The notes under the pieces: generated by a model | Database searches by the model: none | What the model was told of the DNA's origin: nothing | The model's input: only the letters and a program-made list of their open reading frames with translations | Part shown: in pieces, positions 59,222-64,000 of the stretch | Position numbering within the stretch: the first letter of the stretch is position 1 | Layout of the letters: each line of letters starts with the position of its first letter | Made by a program: the position numbers and the translations under genes | Assembly: GCA_033723415.1 (NCBI GenBank) | Contig: JAWVXD010000007.1 | Coordinates: 60,899 to 124,898 of the forward strand | Direction: 5' to 3' | Length of the DNA: 64,000 bases | Origin: Sulfurospirillaceae bacterium | GTDB taxonomy: Bacteria > Campylobacterota > Campylobacteria > Campylobacterales > Sulfurospirillaceae

Positions 59222-60214
59222 TTATTTTCCACCGAATCTAACAAGCGCACTGGCCCAAGTAAATCCGCCGCCAAAAGTATCCAAAAGCATTAAGTCTCCA
59301 TGCTTCAATCTACCTTCTTCATAAGCATCATTTATAGCCATTGGGATAGATGCTGCAGATGTATTACCGTATTTTCCTACGGTAAGCATAGTTTTTTCTA
59401 TAGGAAAATCCAATTTTGCTCGAACAGCCTCTATGATTCTAAGATTTGCCTGATGCGGTATAAAAATGTCTATATCTCTTGGTTTTACATCATTTTTTTC
59501 TAAAATATCTACAACATCTTGAGTAAGCGTTTTTACTGCTACTTTAAAAACTTCATTTCCTGACATTTTTATATACTGAAGTTTATTTTCCATCATATCA
59601 GTCGTACATGGATTTTTTGTTCCACAGCCTGGAGTTATCAATAAATCTGCATATGTTCCATCAGCTGAAGCGTGAATATCCAATATAGCTTCATTCTTGT
59701 CTTCCGTAGCACCTACAATTGCCGCTCCAGCACCGTCACCGAAAAGTATGCATGTGCTTCTATCAGTATAATCCACCAGTGGACTTATCTTCTCAGCACC
59801 GATCAAAAGTACATTTTTTTTGCTTCCTGATTCTATAAAAGCTTTTGCAATTTGAAGTATGTAAACAAATCCACTACATGCCGCACTAACATCAAATGCC
59901 ATAACATTTGTTATACCCAATTTATCACAAATCACACAAGCAGTTGATGGCATACAAAGATAATCAGGTGACAAAGTTGCGCAAATTACCATATCTATAT
60001 CATTCTTGTCAATGCCCGATCTCTCGATTGCTTTAAGTGCTGCTTTGGCTCCTAGATCACTGGTCGTTTCTTCATCAGATGCAATTCTTCGCTCAGATAT
60101 ACCTGTACGCTTTTGTATCCACTCGTCACTTGTATCTATCATTTTTTCTAAGTCATGGTTTGTTAAAATTTTTTCAGGCACATAAGAGCCAACTGATCTT
60201 AATGAAGCGTACAT
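59222..60214 (-). CDS. fabH: 3-oxoacyl-ACP synthase III
   Basis: AACSGF, FGDGAGA, PHQAN, GNTSAAS. Confidence 0.97.
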   Translation of the reverse strand: MYASLRSVGSYVPEKILTNHDLEKMIDTSDEWIQKRTGISERRIASDEETTSDLGAKAALKAIERSGIDKNDIDMVICATLSPDYLCMPSTACVICDKLGITNVMAFDVSAACSGFVYILQIAKAFIESGSKKNVLLIGAEKISPLVDYTDRSTCILFGDGAGAAIVGATEDKNEAILDIHASADGTYADLLITPGCGTKNPCTTDMMENKLQYIKMSGNEVFKVAVKTLTQDVVDILEKNDVKPRDIDIFIPHQANLRIIEAVRAKLDFPIEKTMLTVGKYGNTSAASIPMAINDAYEEGRLKHGDLMLLDTFGGGFTWASALVRFGGK

Positions 60215-60224
60215 TATATGTCCT

Positions 60225-61208
60225 TTATATTTTACTTAGTTTCTTTTCAATATCATCATTTATATTTGAATTTGAGAAACTAATCGCTTGAAATATTGCA
60301 TTTTTTATAGCTTTTGAATTACTCTTGCCATGAGCAACGATAGCACATCCTTTTATACCTATCAGGGGAGCGCCACCGTATTCAGCATAATCTACCTGTT
60401 TTTTAAGTACTTTAAATACTTTTCTCATAAGCATCGATCCAGCAATTGCTATAGGAGATTTAATTATATTTTTCTTTATGATCTTTGTGATAGACTCTGC
60501 GACACCTTCGCTGGTCTTAAGTAGAATATTACCAACAAATCCATCACACACTATTACATCCGTAGAACCGTCAAATATATTATTTCCTTCAACGTATCCT
60601 ACAAAATTTTCATTTTCGCTAAGGATTTTATAAACTTCTTTCGTTATTTCATTTCCCTTGCTTTTCTCTTCACCATTTGATAGAAGACCGATTCTTGGAT
60701 TTTTAACTTTGAGAACATCTATAACATATGCCTCACCCATCACGGCAAACTGCACTAAATGTTCTGGTTTACAATCAACATTTGCACCAACATCGAGAAC
60801 AAAGCTGACCTTATCCGTAGCCGTAGGCATAATAGTTGCAATCGCCGGTCTTAAAACACCCTGCAATCGTCCTATTCTTAGTGTCGCCAAACTCATAGTT
60901 GCACCACTGTGTCCAGCAGATACGACTGCATCAGCAACTCCATCGCGAACAAGTTCAACTGCTTTGTAGATTGATGTTTCTTTCCTCTTTAATGCATCCG
61001 TTGCATTATCATTCATATTTAAAGTTTCATCAGCATTTACAAAAGATACTTTATCTAAAAGATGTGGAGGAACTAGATGTTTTATTTCATCTATCTTACC
61101 TACTAAAATAGGATGAAACTCTTTGAGTTTTAGTGCGCTTAGTGCGCCTTCGATTACTGGGGCGGGACCTAAGTCACCGCCCATCACATCGATTGCAATA
61201 TTTAACAT
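60225..61208 (-). CDS. plsX: Phosphate acyltransferase PlsX
   Basis: IDVMGGD, SAGHSGA, DVGAN, DGFVGN. Confidence 0.97.
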   Translation of the reverse strand: MLNIAIDVMGGDLGPAPVIEGALSALKLKEFHPILVGKIDEIKHLVPPHLLDKVSFVNADETLNMNDNATDALKRKETSIYKAVELVRDGVADAVVSAGHSGATMSLATLRIGRLQGVLRPAIATIMPTATDKVSFVLDVGANVDCKPEHLVQFAVMGEAYVIDVLKVKNPRIGLLSNGEEKSKGNEITKEVYKILSENENFVGYVEGNNIFDGSTDVIVCDGFVGNILLKTSEGVAESITKIIKKNIIKSPIAIAGSMLMRKVFKVLKKQVDYAEYGGAPLIGIKGCAIVAHGKSNSKAIKNAIFQAISFSNSNINDDIEKKLSKI

Positions 61209-61361
61209 TTAGTTTTTATATTCGCCTGTCGTTTTATTGATTCTATGAGGCATTTTCCATGTACCATCATTGTCTTTTACCGGCATTGCAAGTGTTACTT
61301 TATAATGAGTTCTTCGCTTCGCCGCTCTTGTTTTACTTACTCTTCTCTTTGGAACCGCCAT
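61209..61361 (-). CDS. rpmF: 50S ribosomal protein L32
   Basis: [22 protein letters not shown] at 61361 after AGGAG. Confidence 0.97.
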   Translation of the reverse strand: MAVPKRRVSKTRAAKRRTHYKVTLAMPVKDNDGTWKMPHRINKTTGEYKN

Positions 61362-61377
61362 TTTATTCTCCTTAAAA

Positions 61378-61725
61378 TTATTTACATTTATCGCAATATA
61401 GATAATCACTCTTAAGTGATTCTATTTCGCCTTGTAACATTGTATCAAAATCTATAAAATCATTAAAAAATTCTATTAAATCTAGTAGCTCTTCACTTTC
61501 ACTATATATGCCTTCGCTTGCATATAATTCGACATCTTCTTTTATAAAAACGTCAAATTCCTCGCCACATCTGTCGCAAGGGTGCACAAAACTACCTTCT
61601 ATCGTTCCTGTGCATTTGACGAGATTATTTTGAATTTTTGTTGCGACTCCATAAAATTTTATGTCATCACTACAGGTTTCAAAATTAATTCCTGAAGTAG
61701 GAATTTTTTTGAAATCTATTTTCAT
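61378..61725 (-). CDS. YceD/DUF177 family protein
   Basis: CDRC and C-terminal CxxC; upstream of rpmF; ATG at 61725. Confidence 0.8.
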   Translation of the reverse strand: MKIDFKKIPTSGINFETCSDDIKFYGVATKIQNNLVKCTGTIEGSFVHPCDRCGEEFDVFIKEDVELYASEGIYSESEELLDLIEFFNDFIDFDTMLQGEIESLKSDYLYCDKCK

Positions 61726-61735
61726 ATTTTTTATA

Positions 61736-62149
61736 CTACAGTATATCTCTTTGTGCAAAAAAGAAAGCGATTTCTTTTTCTGCATTTTCTAGACTGTCAC
61801 TTCCATGAACTGCATTTGCATCAATACTTTCAGCAAAATCTGCTCTTATTGTACCAGGTAATGCTTCTTTTGGGTTTGTTGCTCCCATAAGATTTCTATT
61901 TGCAGCAACTGCATCAGCACCTTCTAATACCATAACCACAACAGGACCACTAGTCATAAACTCAACTAATTCTCCAAAAAACGGTCTTTGTGCATGTACT
62001 TCGTAAAACTTACCTGCATCGACTGCGCTTAATTGTATCTTCTTCATAGCTGCTATTCTAAGGCCATTTGATTCAAAACGGTCTATAATTTTGCCTACTA
62101 CATTTTTTGAAACTGCATCTGGTTTTATAATCGATAATGTTTTTTCCAA
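61736..62149 (-). CDS. ndk: Nucleoside diphosphate kinase
   Basis: [19 protein letters not shown]. Confidence 0.98.
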   Translation of the reverse strand: MEKTLSIIKPDAVSKNVVGKIIDRFESNGLRIAAMKKIQLSAVDAGKFYEVHAQRPFFGELVEFMTSGPVVVMVLEGADAVAANRNLMGATNPKEALPGTIRADFAESIDANAVHGSDSLENAEKEIAFFFAQRDIL

Positions 62150-62251
62150 AACTCTCTCCTAGCTAATTTAATTCTGTTTTCACAGAAGTAGAAGGCGAAT
62201 TATATCTAAAAAAGTTTTAATTAGAATTAAAGTTGAAATTTTAAGAAGAAA

Positions 62252-62285
62252 AGTTTGAGATGCTCATAAAAAAACATCTCAAACT
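62252..62285 (-). terminator. Intrinsic terminator after ferredoxin
   Basis: AGTTTGAGATG/CATCTCAAACT stem followed by TTTCTT on the minus strand. Confidence 0.7.
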
Positions 62286-62293
62286 ATTTTATT

Positions 62294-62578
62294 TTACTCT
62301 ACGCAAGGAGTATCGCCTTTTCTCATATCGTCTCCGATTTCATCACGGCTAGGTTGTCCTTCATAAGGCGCATCCCATACGATACAGCCTTCAGTCGGGC
62401 ATGCTGCTGCACACGCCGGTTCATCATGATGTCCTACACATTCAACACATTTATCAGCATAAACATAATATATATCTTCTCCTGTCGGATTATCATCATC
62501 ATCAACAATTGCTTCTACTGGACATTCATCTATGCAAGCTCCGCAAGCTATACATATGTCTGTAATCTTAACAGCCAT
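62294..62578 (-). CDS. 2x[4Fe-4S] ferredoxin
   Basis: CIACGACIDECP and CVECVGHHDEPACAAACP. Confidence 0.93.
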   Translation of the reverse strand: MAVKITDICIACGACIDECPVEAIVDDDDNPTGEDIYYVYADKCVECVGHHDEPACAAACPTEGCIVWDAPYEGQPSRDEIGDDMRKGDTPCVE

Positions 62579-62860
62579 TTCTTCTCCTTAATTTTGGTTT
62601 GGTGAAACTATATCACAAGAAAATTAAAATAGAAATAAAACATAAATTTTTCTCAATTTTAGAGGCATAGCATTAAGCACTTGTCATATTTTTGTGACTC
62701 AAAAACGATAATTTAAAATAATAATCTTTATTTTAATGCTACTTTTATCCATATTTATAAAATAAAAAACTTCTAAATGTACCGCAAAATGGATTGTTTA
62801 GGCTAAATTAAGCATAACAATTTTATTATTATGCTATCACATTTAAGAGGTGGAAGACAT

Positions 62861-64000
62861 ATGATTAAATCAATCACAAACAAGGTTCTAATTATACAAG
62901 CAATTAGTATTACATTATTTATGGCAATTTTGACTATATATCTAAACGGATATCTGCAAAGTCACATAAATACACTCGAAAAAAACAATATTAAGTCTGG
63001 CTTATATGATCTGAAAACGACTGTAGATGTATATAGTAAATCTTTAGATGAAACGGCTATAAAAATGTTCAATGTTTTTAAAGGCTCATTTAGAGAAGTA
63101 TCTTTGATTGAAGATCAAAGTGTTGATGTTAACGGTGTTAAAACTCCAATGCTCGCAGACAGTGGTGAAGTCTTAAATAAATATTTTAAGATTGTTGATC
63201 ATTTTACAAAAACAACAGGGGCAGTGGCTACGATTTTTGCTTACGACAAAAATAAAAAGGATTTTGTCAGAGTAAACACTTCTTTAAGAAGAGAAGATGG
63301 TAAAAGAGCGCTAGGAACATATCTTGGTTCTTCGTCTCCAGCTTATAAAAAAATTATGCAGAAACAAAGTTATATAGGGATGACCCGTCTTTTCGGTAAA
63401 AACTATATAACCGTTTATAGACCTTTATTTGATTATGACAAAAAATTAATAGGAATTTTATTTATAGGATATGATTTTAGTAATGGCTTACAAGCTTTAA
63501 AATCAAAGGTAGATGAGATAAAAATAGGACAAAGAGGCTATTATTATGCTATAGATGCAGAAACAAGCAAATACAGTATACATAAAAAACTTTTCAATAA
63601 AAAGATAGATAGAGAAATAGACAAACAAATCTTAAAGAAAAAAGACGGGTTTACTACAGTAGATGAAAATGGCGATGAAATATATTATGAATACTTTTAT
63701 TTCAAAAAATGGAACTGGATATTTGTTGGACGAGCCAATATGGAAGATTTTAAAAGTATAGGAAGTAAAATATCAAATATATTGATCTTCTCAACGATCA
63801 TTGTAACCATACTATTATTGTTGATCACTTGGCTTGTACTAAATAAATTGCTTTCAAAACCTTTGTCGAACCTAACCCAAAGAGCGAAAGAGCTTTCAAG
63901 CGGGGATGGGGACTTGACTCAGAAATTAGAAGTAAACGGGAATGATGAGATAGCACTTGCAAGTATAGAGATAAATAACTTTATAGAGAAAGTAAGAGTC
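62861..64000 (+). CDS. Methyl-accepting chemotaxis protein with Cache_3-Cache_2 sensor (partial)
   Basis: Manual translation: TM1, GAVATIF...FVRVNTSL..EDGKRALGT, LFGKNYITVY.P, TM2, HAMP (GDLTQKL...DEI); runs off the window end. Confidence 0.85.
   Translation, partial: MIKSITNKVLIIQAISITLFMAILTIYLNGYLQSHINTLEKNNIKSGLYDLKTTVDVYSKSLDETAIKMFNVFKGSFREVSLIEDQSVDVNGVKTPMLADSGEVLNKYFKIVDHFTKTTGAVATIFAYDKNKKDFVRVNTSLRREDGKRALGTYLGSSSPAYKKIMQKQSYIGMTRLFGKNYITVYRPLFDYDKKLIGILFIGYDFSNGLQALKSKVDEIKIGQRGYYYAIDAETSKYSIHKKLFNKKIDREIDKQILKKKDGFTTVDENGDEIYYEYFYFKKWNWIFVGRANMEDFKSIGSKISNILIFSTIIVTILLLLITWLVLNKLLSKPLSNLTQRAKELSSGDGDLTQKLEVNGNDEIALASIEINNFIEKVRV

Noticed and set aside
62579..62860. Possible c-di-GMP riboswitch or sRNA upstream of the MCP
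   Set aside because: No GEMM consensus visible; only a weak AT-rich inverted repeat (AGCATAA/TTATGCT).

Overview
AT-rich chromosomal window from a Campylobacterota bacterium, probably a free-living Sulfurospirillum/Sulfurimonas-type lineage. This is inferred from gene content and order, HQWRQPL-type kinases, hsrA with an adjacent kinase and TGnTATAAT promoters. The housekeeping backbone comprises xseA-ubiE, ribD-rimP-rbfA-infB-ylxR-thrB-tsaB-lpxC-M23-DHH, flhB-nadC-nadA, plsY-folB-hsrA-kinase-ferredoxin-ppx, bamA, tyrA, ppaC and fabH-plsX-rpmF-yceD-ndk-ferredoxin. Three accessory blocks interrupt it. (1) Two paralogous repeat-rich autotransporters sit with a lipoprotein alpha/beta hydrolase, plus a decayed second copy of the hydrolase 5' end that has become a perfect hairpin. 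(2) A ~25 kb block carries a two-component system with a ttrBCA-like molybdoenzyme, a class II cytochrome c, a P3A H+-ATPase/PPK2/MgtC-DUF4010 operon and a MarR-controlled dual RND/ABC efflux operon containing a patatin. (3) An SHP/DHC/cytochrome b operon is joined to a CpxP-like gene and a two-component system, with a CpxR-like box upstream. No rRNA, tRNA, CRISPR array, transposase or integrase was seen. All calls come from reading sequence motifs; no database searches were run.
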